Position numbers and translations under genes: made by a program. A DNA stretch of 64,000 bases from an uncultured Clostridia bacterium (GTDB lineage: Bacteria; Bacillota; Clostridia; Oscillospirales; QAKW01): positions 15,199-79,198 of the forward strand of contig CALXGQ010000021.1 in assembly GCA_944387895.1 (NCBI GenBank). The letters are read 5' to 3'. A model generated the notes under the pieces. The model ran no database searches, was not told where the DNA came from, and saw only the letters and a list, made by a program, of their open reading frames with translations. Shown here piece by piece: positions 39,860 to 47,938 of this stretch (the stretch's first letter is position 1; the number at the start of each line of letters is the position of its first letter).

Positions 39860-40885
39860 ATGGAACAGACGCCATTCCCTGCCGGCCGGCAGCCCTGCCC
39901 GGATCCCGGCTACTCCCTTCCGCCGGAGCAAAACCCCTATTATAAAAAAAGAGAGCGCCGGAACCTGAGCCGGATCGGCGCCGCCCTTTCCGGCTATCTT
40001 CTTCTGGTATCTGTGGTTCAGCTCGCCATTTCCGCGGTGAGTGCACGGTTTTTCCTGCCTTTTTTTGAATCCGAGGGCTATTCCTGGATCGTCCTGCTCC
40101 TGCCCGCCTACCTGATCGGCTTTCCTCTTTTCTGGGGGTTCCTAAGCTCCATGCCCAAAAAAACGCCGGAACGGAAAAAGCTCGGCGCCGCCGGCTGGAT
40201 TTCCTTTCTGGCCGTTTCCTTCTTCCTGCTGCTCGCCGGAAATTATATCTCCTCCGGCCTGATGACCGTGATCGAAACGGTGCGGGGCACGGATATCAGC
40301 AACATCATCAACAACCAGATTGTCAGCTCTTCCTGGCTGATGAATCTGATCGTGGTTTCGATCATTACGCCGATCTTTGAGGAGCTGATGTTCCGCAAGC
40401 TGATTGTGGATCGTCTTTTGCCCTACAGCGAATGGCTTGCCCTGATCACCAGCGCCCTTTTCTTCGGCCTGATGCACGGGAACTTTTACCAGTTTTTCTA
40501 TGCGGCGTTTCTGGGGATGCTCTTCAGCTACGTCTATATCAAAACCGGCAACATCCTTCATACCATCGCCATGCATATGATCATCAACTTCACCGGATCG
40601 ATCATCGCCCTGCGGATCAACGAGCTGACGTCCGGCACCATCGGCGTTTCCTCCTCCATCAATCCATGGGCGATCATCAGCGGGCTCTATTTCTTGGGCG
40701 CGCTCGTCCTGGCAGGCTGCGGGCTGGTGTTCCTAATCAACCGGCTGAAAAAGCCGAACCTCAAAAAAACCGGCGGCCGCCTGCTGACCCTTCCTACCCA
40801 GTTCCGGCTCACCTGGCTGAACGCAGGCACGATCGTATTTTTATGCCTCTGCGCCTTTATGTTCCTGTCCAGCCTGTTTATCTGA
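39860..40885 (+). CDS. CPBP (CAAX) family intramembrane metalloprotease
   Basis: ATG 39860 follows GGAGG. The motifs are FEELMFRKLI, FFGLMHGN and HTIAMHMIINF. The protein is polytopic. Confidence 0.8.
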   Translation: MEQTPFPAGRQPCPDPGYSLPPEQNPYYKKRERRNLSRIGAALSGYLLLVSVVQLAISAVSARFFLPFFESEGYSWIVLLLPAYLIGFPLFWGFLSSMPKKTPERKKLGAAGWISFLAVSFFLLLAGNYISSGLMTVIETVRGTDISNIINNQIVSSSWLMNLIVVSIITPIFEELMFRKLIVDRLLPYSEWLALITSALFFGLMHGNFYQFFYAAFLGMLFSYVYIKTGNILHTIAMHMIINFTGSIIALRINELTSGTIGVSSSINPWAIISGLYFLGALVLAGCGLVFLINRLKKPNLKKTGGRLLTLPTQFRLTWLNAGTIVFLCLCAFMFLSSLFI

Positions 40886-40911
40886 ATCAAAATTAAGGAG
40901 AATTACAAAAT

Positions 40912-41382
40912 ATGGTAGAAATTAAAATCAAAAACGGTGGCGTCATCAAACTGGAGCTTTATCCGGAGCACGCGCCCCAAACGGTTGCAAACTTTGAAAA
41001 GCTGGCCCGGTCCGGGTTTTACGACGGCCTGACCTTCCATCGCGTGATCAGCGGCTTCATGATCCAGGGCGGGGATCCGCTGGGCAACGGCATGGGCGGC
41101 AGCGAAGAAACCATCCCCGGCGAATTTTCCGCCAACGGCTTCGATAATCCCATCCGCCACGAGCGCGGCGTCATCTCCATGGCCCGCGCCCAGGATCCCA
41201 ACTCCGCCAGCAGCCAGTTCTTTATCATGCACGCCGACGGCTTCTTTCTGGACGGAAACTACGCCGCCTTCGGCAAGGTGACGGAGGGGCTGGAAGAGGT
41301 GGATAAAATTGCCGCCGTGCGCACCAACATCATGGATATGCCGGAAGAACCGCAGGTCATCGAATCGATCAAAATCCTGTAA
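40912..41382 (+). CDS. ppiB: Cyclophilin-type peptidyl-prolyl cis-trans isomerase
   Basis: 156 aa with FHRVISGFMIQGGDP and SMARAQDPNSASSQFFI. Confidence 0.95.
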   Translation: MVEIKIKNGGVIKLELYPEHAPQTVANFEKLARSGFYDGLTFHRVISGFMIQGGDPLGNGMGGSEETIPGEFSANGFDNPIRHERGVISMARAQDPNSASSQFFIMHADGFFLDGNYAAFGKVTEGLEEVDKIAAVRTNIMDMPEEPQVIESIKIL

Positions 41383-41394
41383 AACGCGCCCCGG

Positions 41395-41438
41395 AGGAGA
41401 GGCTATGCTGAAAAGCAGCCTCTCCTTTTTGTCTTTTT
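41395..41438 (+). terminator. Intrinsic terminator after ppiB
   Basis: The 10-bp stem AGGAGAGGCT/AGCCTCTCCT is followed by TTTTGTCTTTTT. Confidence 0.75.
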
Positions 41439-41491
41439 CAGCCCTTTGCACGCCGCCCCAGGACATTTTGCCAAAGGATTCGCATTTTTTC

Positions 41492-41520
41492 TTGCATTTT
41501 TTCCAATTGCGTTTTATAAT
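41492..41520 (+). promoter_or_regulatory. Promoter of the CYTH gene (TTGCAT-17-TATAAT)
   Basis: Motifs lie at 41492-41497 and 41515-41520. Confidence 0.55.
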
Positions 41521-41536
41521 GAAAATGAGGTGAACT

Positions 41537-42037
41537 ATGATGCCCTCCTATGAGATTGAGCGAAAATTTCTGATCCTTCGTCCTGATCTTCTAAATCTGG
41601 GCACCCTTTGCCGCATCAAAGAAATTTCTCAGACCTATCTGATTACGGCGGAGGGGTCGCTTCGTGTGCGCCGAACGGAAGAGCGCGGCAAGGTTACTTA
41701 TATGGAAACCCTCAAGCGCCGGGTCAGCTCCATGCGCCGCATCGAGATCGAGCGGGAGCTTTCCGAAGCGGAATACAACCGCAGGCTGGCCGCGCGGGAT
41801 CCGCGCCGCCAGACCATCCACAAAACCCGCTACTGCCTGCCCTATGCCGGGCATATCTATGAAATCGACGTTTTCCCCTTCTGGAGCCGTCAGGCTGTTA
41901 TGGAGGTGGAACTGAAGGACGAGCAGGAGGAATTTACCCTTCCGTCCTTTATCCGGGTGATCCGGGAGGTCACCAATGACCCGCGCTATACCAACCACGC
42001 TCTGGCCCGGGAAATCCCCCCGGAGGACGCGCCATAA
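41537..42037 (+). CDS. CYTH-domain protein (triphosphate tunnel metalloenzyme)
   Basis: 166 aa with the N-terminal ExExK signature (YEIERKFLI) and later acidic/basic beta-strand pattern. Confidence 0.7.
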   Translation: MMPSYEIERKFLILRPDLLNLGTLCRIKEISQTYLITAEGSLRVRRTEERGKVTYMETLKRRVSSMRRIEIERELSEAEYNRRLAARDPRRQTIHKTRYCLPYAGHIYEIDVFPFWSRQAVMEVELKDEQEEFTLPSFIRVIREVTNDPRYTNHALAREIPPEDAP

Positions 42038-42133
42038 GCGCCGCAAAGGCAACCGCAAAACAGCATAGATTTAACCAGACGGCGCGGCTTTTGCCCCGTC
42101 GTTTTCTATTTTTCAAAGCAAAATATCAAGCCG

Positions 42134-42161
42134 ACCCCGGTTTTTGCGGCCGGGGATCGTA
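42134..42161 (+). promoter_or_regulatory. Candidate SigI-type promoter upstream of sigI (ACCCCG-N18-CGTA)
   Basis: ACCCCG at 42134-42139 and CGTA at 42158-42161, 25 nt before the sigI ATG. The same 28-bp architecture recurs at 43917-43944. Confidence 0.45.
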
Positions 42162-42186
42162 TTACTACCATAAGGAGGATCCCTGC

Positions 42187-42912
42187 ATGAACGACGAACA
42201 TCAAATCGTCCGGCAGGTCTACGCAGCGAAGGAGGACGTTCGGGCGGCAGATCAGCTGATCAACGCATACCTGCCCTTTATCCGCACCGAAACGGCAAAG
42301 TTTTTAAAACGTCCCCCCGCAGCGGAACACGACGATGAACTGAGCATCGCCATGATCGCCTTTCATGAGGCGATCAGCGGGTACCACCGCACCCGCGGCT
42401 CTTTTCTGAAATATGCCGCCCTGCTGATCCGCAGCCGGCTGATCGACTACAGCCGCTCCGAGCAGCGCCACGCCCGCGCCCTTTCCCTGGACGCGCCGGC
42501 AGGAGAAGAGGAAAAACCGCTGGGAGAAACGCTGGCGGTCAAAAAGGATCCCTATGAAGAAGCAGCCCTGCGGGACGCCACCCGGGCGGAAATCCGGGAG
42601 CTGACCAGGCAGCTGCTGGACTTTGGCGTCAGCCTCAGCGACGTGGCGGACAACTGCCCCAAGCAGCAGCGCACCCTGAACGCCTGCCGGAAGGCGCTCG
42701 CCTATGCCCAAAGCCATCCGGCGCTGATCGATGAGCTTTTGCAATCAAAACGCCTGCCCATCGGCCGGCTGACCGCCGCAAGCGGCGTAGAACGCAAAAC
42801 CCTGGAACGCCGCCGCAAATATCTGGTAGCACTACTCCTGATCCATACCAACGGGTATGAGATCATCCGTGGGCATTTAAAACAAGTGATGAAAGGAGTG
42901 GCCGAGCAATGA
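42187..42912 (+). CDS. sigI: Alternative sigma factor SigI
   Basis: ATG 42187 follows AAGGAGGA. Region 2 is LINAYLPFIRTETAKFL..ELSIAMIAFHEAI. The SigI-specific C-terminal domain is CPKQQRTLNACRKALAYA..LPIGRLTAASGVERKTLERRRKYLVALLLI. Confidence 0.8.
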   Translation: MNDEHQIVRQVYAAKEDVRAADQLINAYLPFIRTETAKFLKRPPAAEHDDELSIAMIAFHEAISGYHRTRGSFLKYAALLIRSRLIDYSRSEQRHARALSLDAPAGEEEKPLGETLAVKKDPYEEAALRDATRAEIRELTRQLLDFGVSLSDVADNCPKQQRTLNACRKALAYAQSHPALIDELLQSKRLPIGRLTAASGVERKTLERRRKYLVALLLIHTNGYEIIRGHLKQVMKGVAEQ

Positions 42913-43901
42913 ACTATCTGGTAATGGAATGCCACCCCGGCTATGCCGTCCTGCTGGACGAAGAAGGCCGCTTTTTGAAAGCCGCCAACCTTCGGTATGA
43001 AGTGGGGCAGACGGTGCAGAACCCCGTTCTGATGAAGGAGCCGGGCGAAAAGCGGCGCCCCGCGCTCCGGTGGATCGGCGGCGGGATCGCAGCTGTTGCA
43101 GCCTGCTTTCTGCTTTTCTTCGGCGTCGGCTACTATCGGAATTACATCCAGCCCTACTCTTCGATCTATCTGACCATCAACCCGGAGGTGCAGATGGATC
43201 TGAACCGGCGGGGCGGCGTGGTGAAGCTGACCGGGACAAATGAAGACGGCAAGCTGCTGCTGGAAGGCTACGACGGCAGAAATAAAGACAAAGAAACGGT
43301 AGCCGACGAGCTGATCGACAGAGCCATTGAAATGGGCTTCCTTTCAGAGGGCGGTCAGGTTTCCTTCTCCATCGATTCCCCGGACGAAGCGCTGTTCCAG
43401 GAGTACGGAACCGCCCTGCGCACCGAAATAACAACACATCTGGACGGCCGGATCTCCATCACCATCGAGATCGTCGATCATAAAAGCCAGAGCGGCTCCG
43501 GGGCGGCGGAGAAGGATCCCTCCTCCCCGCCTGCCTCCGCGCCGGGCAACGATACGCAGGAGGAAGAACCTTCTGCGGATACAGAGCCGTCCGAGGGGAG
43601 CGGTTCCTCCGGGAGCGGCAGCTCCTCTTCCGGAAGCAGCTCCTCCGGGAGCGGAACCACCGGGCAGGATCAGGAAAATGCCGGCATCCCGCCGGAAAAC
43701 AGCTCCGATGATGTGGATGATCCCGACGGCTCAGACGGTAGCGACGACGATGATGACGACGACGATGATGATGACGACGATGATGATGACGACGATGACA
43801 ACGATGTTGATAATGATGACGATGACAACGATGTTGATAATGATGACGATGACGACGATGATGACGATGATGACGACGGGGAGGATCAAAAAAAGATCTG
43901 A
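42909..43901 (+). CDS. rsgI: RsgI-like anti-sigma-I factor with an extracytoplasmic juxtamembrane domain, an S/G-rich linker and a poly-Asp tail
   Basis: ATGA overlap with sigI. The RsgI_N-like N-terminus is MNYLVMECHPGYAVLLDEEGRFLKAANLRYEVGQTV. It has one TM helix (IGGGIAAVAACFLLFFGVGYY), then INPEVQMDLNRRGGVVKLTGTNEDGKLLL, then low-complexity sequence. Confidence 0.75.
   Translation: MNYLVMECHPGYAVLLDEEGRFLKAANLRYEVGQTVQNPVLMKEPGEKRRPALRWIGGGIAAVAACFLLFFGVGYYRNYIQPYSSIYLTINPEVQMDLNRRGGVVKLTGTNEDGKLLLEGYDGRNKDKETVADELIDRAIEMGFLSEGGQVSFSIDSPDEALFQEYGTALRTEITTHLDGRISITIEIVDHKSQSGSGAAEKDPSSPPASAPGNDTQEEEPSADTEPSEGSGSSGSGSSSSGSSSSGSGTTGQDQENAGIPPENSSDDVDDPDGSDGSDDDDDDDDDDDDDDDDDDDNDVDNDDDDNDVDNDDDDDDDDDDDDGEDQKKI
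43707..43877 (+). repeat. GAY-codon microsatellite-like tract encoding the poly-Asp tail of the RsgI-like protein
   Basis: It encodes 19 consecutive Asp codons (mixed GAC/GAT), two copies of a 27-bp unit (GACAACGATGTTGATAATGATGACGAT = DNDVDNDDD), then 12 further Asp codons. Confidence 0.9.
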
Positions 43902-43916
43902 AAATGTATTCCTTTC

Positions 43917-43944
43917 ACCCCGTTTTTGAAACCGGGCTTCCGTA
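43917..43944 (+). promoter_or_regulatory. Candidate SigI-type promoter upstream of the lipoprotein gene (ACCCCG-N18-CGTA)
   Basis: ACCCCG at 43917-43922 and CGTA at 43941-43944. The spacer shares TTTTTG and CCGGG with the sigI-proximal copy. Confidence 0.45.
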
Positions 43945-44002
43945 GTCTATGAATGAAAGGCAAAGCAAAAGCCAAATGAAACACCCGAAAGGAGCAACGA
44001 CC

Positions 44003-45082
44003 ATGACCATGAAAAGAAAATTTTTTGCAGCAGCCCTCTCGATCATCGCGGCGGTTTCCATCCTTCTGACAGGCTGTAAATCCGCCTCCCCGGCAGGAAC
44101 GGCCCTGCGGGAGACCGGGATCCTGATCCTGAGCGTCAACCCGGAAATCCAGATCGAATACGATCAAAACAGCAAAGTGACCGCCCTGACCGGCCGCAAC
44201 GACGACGGCAAGCTCATTGTGGAAAACTATCCCGACTACATCGGGAAAGACTGCAACGAGGTTCTTGAAGATCTGATCATTGCGATCAATGAAGCGGGAT
44301 ACTTTGTGGACGATATCGACGGCAACAAGAAGAACATCATTTTGCAGCTGGAGCCGGGCTCCGTCCTCCCCAGCGATGATTTTCTCACGCTGGTCAGCTC
44401 CAGCACCCAGAACGCCGTCAAAAACCTGAGTCTTTCCTCCTCCATCGTGACCATCGACAACGATGACTACGACCCCACCTATGCCACCGAGAGCGAGCCC
44501 TCCCCCTATATCACGCTGGAAAAGGCGCAGGAAATCGCATTGACCCAGGCAAACGTCAGCGCGAAGGACGCCGTTTTTGAAGACAAGGAATTTGACCACG
44601 ACGACGGCACGCCGGTTTTTGAGCTGGAATTTTCCGCAAACGGCAACGAATATGAATACGATATCCACGCCGTCACCGGCAAGGTGATCAAGGCCGAGCA
44701 TGAAAGCGCCGCCGCCCAGAGCGGGAGCCAGACCACCGGCACCGAAAACTACAACGACACCGATTACGGCCCCAATAACGACGGCGTCACCGACTACAGC
44801 GACACCGACTACGGCCCCAACAACGATGGCGTCACCGACTACAGCGACACCGACTACGGCCCCAACAACGATGGCGTCACCGACTACAACGACACCGACT
44901 ACGGCCCCAACAACGATGGCGTCACCGACTACAACGACACCGACTACGGCCCCAACAACGACGGCGTTACCGACTATGACGACACCGATTATGGCCCCAA
45001 TAATGACGGCGTTACCGACTATGACGACACCGACGACGGCGCTACCGACTACGACGACGGAACCACCGATTATAACGGCTGA
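44003..45082 (+). CDS. Lipoprotein with an RsgI-juxtamembrane-like domain, a PepSY domain and acidic 15-aa tandem repeats
   Basis: ATG 44003 lies 8 nt after AAAGGAG. The signal peptide carries the lipobox LLTGC. VNPEIQIEYDQNSKVTALTGRNDDGKLIV parallels the RsgI domain. The PepSY-like region is ITLEKAQEIALTQ..YEYDIHAVTGKVI. Six copies of DTDYGPNNDGVTDYx follow. Confidence 0.7.
   Translation: MTMKRKFFAAALSIIAAVSILLTGCKSASPAGTALRETGILILSVNPEIQIEYDQNSKVTALTGRNDDGKLIVENYPDYIGKDCNEVLEDLIIAINEAGYFVDDIDGNKKNIILQLEPGSVLPSDDFLTLVSSSTQNAVKNLSLSSSIVTIDNDDYDPTYATESEPSPYITLEKAQEIALTQANVSAKDAVFEDKEFDHDDGTPVFELEFSANGNEYEYDIHAVTGKVIKAEHESAAAQSGSQTTGTENYNDTDYGPNNDGVTDYSDTDYGPNNDGVTDYSDTDYGPNNDGVTDYNDTDYGPNNDGVTDYNDTDYGPNNDGVTDYDDTDYGPNNDGVTDYDDTDDGATDYDDGTTDYNG
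44756..45082 (+). repeat. 45-bp in-frame tandem repeat, 6 full units plus a degenerate tail
   Basis: Units start at 44756, 44801, 44846, 44891, 44936 and 44981. The central units are identical apart from the last codon. The tail at 45026-45082 is degenerate. Confidence 0.95.
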
Positions 45083-45099
45083 GCCGGTTCCCCGGCATA

Positions 45100-45141
45100 A
45101 AGCGCCGGATCCCGCTCTGCGGATCGATCCGGCGCTTTTTT
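45100..45141 (+). terminator. Intrinsic terminator after the lipoprotein gene
   Basis: The 12-bp stem AAGCGCCGGATC/GATCCGGCGCTT is followed by TTTT. Confidence 0.75.
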
Positions 45142-45232
45142 CCGGCGCGGCGCGCTTTCAGAAGGCATCTTTTACCCGGCCTTCCATGCTCTGCGCCGAT
45201 TCAGGCGGGCAGCCGCATCTGGAGCGAGAAAA

Positions 45233-46669
45233 ATGAAACGACTGAAAAAAATCCTTCTGATCTGTACCGCAGCGGTGCTGATCCCGGCGATACTCGCCGG
45301 GCTGCTGTTCTTTGAGGGCTGGCTGAGCCTTTCCGGCGCCGGCGCGGCGCTGGGGTATGCAGACCGGCTTTTCGACAGCAGCCGCGTCCATACCATTGAT
45401 ATCCGTCTGGACGACTGGGAAGCCTTTATCGAAACGGCGGCGGAGGAAGCATACGTTTCCGCCGAAGTGGAGATCGACGGCGAAATCTTTCGCCACGTCG
45501 CCCTGCGCACCAAGGGCAACAACTCCCTGCGCCTGACCGAAGAATACGGCCTTTCCCGCTACAGCCTCAAGCTGGAATTCGATCGGTATCTGGACGGCAG
45601 AAGCTACTATGGCCTGGACAAATTTTCCCTGGACGCCTCCTTTCAGGACAACAGCTATCTGAAAACCTTTCTGGTTTACGACATGATGGCCTTTTCCGGC
45701 GTGCCCACGCCCTTATGCAGCTATGTCTGGGTAACGGTCAACGGCGAAGCCTGGGGTCTTTTTCTGGCGATCGAAGAACCGGAAGAAGCCTTTGCCCTCC
45801 GGAATTTCGGCGGCAGCTACGGCAACCTCTATAAGCCCGATTACCGCTCCCTGCAGGAGGAAAACGCCGATGTGGCGCTGCAATACATCGACGACAATCC
45901 GGAAAGCTATCCCGGTATTTTTGAGAACGCCAAATTTGATGTTTCGGCGGACGACCGGCAGCGGCTGATCCGGGCGCTGAAAACCCTTTCCGGTGGCGAG
46001 GATCTGGAACCCGCCGTCGACGTGGACGAGGTGCTGCGGTACTTCACCGTGCAGGTTTTTGTGATGAACTGGGACAGTTACATCGGTCATACCGGCCATA
46101 ATTATTTCCTCTATGAAGAAAAGGGAGTTATTCAGATTCTGCCCTGGGATTATAATCTGGCCTTTGGCACCTACGCCCTCGGCATGACCGATCCGATCCG
46201 GGATCCCTACGTTCTTATCAATTATCCCATCAACACCCCCGCGCCGGGCGAGATCATGCTGAACCGCCCCCTTTACCACAACCTGATGAAGCAGGACGAA
46301 TACCTTGCCCGGTATCGTTCCTATTTCGACGCTTTTATTGCGGACCATTTTGAAAGCGGCCGTTTTGCAGAAACGCTGGAGGCGGCGGCGGAGCTGATCG
46401 CCCCCTATGTTCAGAAGGATCCTTCCGCCTTCTGCTCCTATGAGGATCATCGACTGGCGGTGGAAACCCTCAAACAGGTATGCCTGCTGCGGGCCCAAAG
46501 CGTCCGTGGGCAGCTGGACGGCGAAATCCCCGACACCCTCCGGGAAATGCAGGAGCGGCCGGACGGCGGGATCGACGTATCGGGGATCCGGCTGGAGGAT
46601 CTCGGCGATTTTGCCGATCTGGAAAACGCCGGGGAGCGGCAAAGCGCCGCGCTGGCCGCGATCCCCTGA
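45233..46669 (+). CDS. cotH: Membrane-anchored CotH family kinase-like protein
   Basis: 478 aa. It has an N-terminal TM helix (ILLICTAAVLIPAILAGLLFF). The CotH pattern includes YSLKLEFDRY, FLVYDMM, GNLYKPD, NWDSYIGHTGHNYFLYEE and ILPWDYNLAFG. Confidence 0.8.
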   Translation: MKRLKKILLICTAAVLIPAILAGLLFFEGWLSLSGAGAALGYADRLFDSSRVHTIDIRLDDWEAFIETAAEEAYVSAEVEIDGEIFRHVALRTKGNNSLRLTEEYGLSRYSLKLEFDRYLDGRSYYGLDKFSLDASFQDNSYLKTFLVYDMMAFSGVPTPLCSYVWVTVNGEAWGLFLAIEEPEEAFALRNFGGSYGNLYKPDYRSLQEENADVALQYIDDNPESYPGIFENAKFDVSADDRQRLIRALKTLSGGEDLEPAVDVDEVLRYFTVQVFVMNWDSYIGHTGHNYFLYEEKGVIQILPWDYNLAFGTYALGMTDPIRDPYVLINYPINTPAPGEIMLNRPLYHNLMKQDEYLARYRSYFDAFIADHFESGRFAETLEAAAELIAPYVQKDPSAFCSYEDHRLAVETLKQVCLLRAQSVRGQLDGEIPDTLREMQERPDGGIDVSGIRLEDLGDFADLENAGERQSAALAAIP

Positions 46670-46747
46670 AGCCCGCAAAAAAAAGAGCCTTGGGGCAGCA
46701 CCAATAAAACAGCATAAGTTTGTTTTCGAGAAACGGCGTAGCTTCAG

Positions 46748-47301
46748 CTATGCCGTTTCTCCGTTTTGCAGATTGCTCAGCAAAGACGCGGGGAGTATTC
46801 CTGCAAGGTCATAGGAAATGTCAATCTGCTGTTCCCGATACCCCTTTGACTTGTCCGGCGCGTGAACATATACCGCCTTTACCATGTCATTGAGTATAGC
46901 GGGCGTCAGTTCGTCCAAGTTAAGATACTTCCGTACCTTGCCGATAAATAAGTCCATATTTTCTGCCTGTTCTTCCTGTTTTGTAATTTCTTCATTGAGT
47001 AGCAACAGCTTTTCCCGCAGTTCTTCCTGCTCCTGTTCGTAATCGTTAGAGAGCATTTGAAACCTGCTGTCAGATAATTTCCCGTTGGCACTGTCCTCGT
47101 AAATACGCTTGAATAGCCGGTCAAGTTCTTCTATCCGCCGTTCCGCCTGCGTCAGTTGCCGCCACTTCGCCGCAAGTTCTTTTTTCGCTTCAGCTTTCTG
47201 CTTTGCGCCCATGTATCAGCGTCAATGATCGCTTCATGGGTATTCTCAAACACAAGCCATTTTTCTTCTGGATTGTAACAGGTCTTTTTGCCATTATTCA
47301 T
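46748..47301 (-). pseudogene. Large serine recombinase remnant (a Recombinase-domain fragment fused out of frame to the DUF4368 coiled-coil C-terminus; catalytic domain absent)
   Basis: The frame from 47301 reads MNNGKKTCYNPEEKWLVFENTHEAIIDADTWAQ. A different frame from 47212 reads GAKQKAEAKKELA..FKRIYEDSANGKLSDSRFQMLSNDYEQEQEEL..VYVHAPDKSKGYREQQIDISYDL. Stop codons lie upstream of 47301. Confidence 0.7.
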
Positions 47302-47501
47302 TCACCCTATTACATTCTACTGTTCACCTTTCTTCTTGGATATGTCTATACAATTCCTGTAATTAGCTTAAATAATAATCCGAATCTGTTTGACAAATTC
47401 AAGATACGCTAAATGTTCATATGGAGTTTTAGATTACTAAAAAGAGAAATCAAGGTGCGGTCGAAACCGCGAAGCTAAAGAGATAAAACAGAGGTGGCGC
47501 A

Positions 47502-47690
47502 TTGGAAAAAGAAAAATGGGTGTTATGCCCGATCTGCAGCAACAAAACCCGAATTAAAGTGCGCCCCGATACAGTACTTGAAAACTTTCCCCTGTTCTGC
47601 CCCAAGTGCAAGCAGGAAACAATAATCAACGTAAAACAACTGAATACCACAGTTATCAAAGAGCCGGACGCACAGACGCAGAGCCGATAA
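47502..47690 (+). CDS. Cysteine-rich KTR-domain protein
   Basis: 62 aa from TTG 47502 (GAGGTGG RBS): MEKEKWVLCPICSNKTRIKVRPDTVLENFPLFCPKCKQETIINV. It has two CxxC pairs and belongs to a family typical of Clostridial ICEs. Confidence 0.75.
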   Translation: MEKEKWVLCPICSNKTRIKVRPDTVLENFPLFCPKCKQETIINVKQLNTTVIKEPDAQTQSR

Positions 47691-47728
47691 CACGCAAGAT
47701 GAAATGCGGTTATCGGCTCTGTTATTTT
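47679..47728 (+). terminator. Intrinsic terminator after the KTR gene
   Basis: The perfect 13-bp stem CAGAGCCGATAAC/GTTATCGGCTCTG is followed by TTATTTT. The 5' arm overlaps the stop codon. Confidence 0.75.
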
Positions 47729-47938
47729 GTTTGGAGGTATCAATATGTTGATTGCTATTTCTCATTATCTACAATCAAAAAAAGCCATTGCGCTTGCATA
47801 GGTTCGTGCGCCCATGAAGATGAACACACAAATCATATAGCTGTTTCTTTCCATTCATATCGTCAACGCTCATGCGGTTTGATACTGCGTGGGCGTTTTC
47901 TGTTTTGCCCCCTGTTTTGGCAGAAAGGGGGGTGAGAA

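Noticed and set aside
42134-42157. Hairpin CCCCGG-N9-CCGGGG upstream of sigI, considered as a terminator of the CYTH gene
   Set aside because: It is not followed by a T-run. The same sequence block recurs upstream of the lipoprotein gene, where no upstream gene needs terminating. It is better explained as part of the shared promoter motif.
44756-45082. Regular 45-bp direct repeats that could superficially resemble a CRISPR array
   Set aside because: The units are contiguous with no spacers. They are in frame within a lipoprotein ORF, encode a coherent peptide repeat, and no cas genes are present.
43678-45236. Alternative-frame ORFs across the repeats (43678-43929, Thr/Met-rich; 44700-45236, Thr/Pro/Ala-rich)
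   Set aside because: They are frame-shifted readings of the Asp-codon tract and of the 45-bp repeats. They have no RBS or start context and lie wholly inside better-supported genes.
47203-47412. 69-aa hydrophobic ORF on the plus strand inside the element remnant
   Set aside because: It is antisense to the recombinase-domain fragment. Its F/I/L-rich composition is explained by reading AT-rich DNA in the wrong frame, and it has no RBS.
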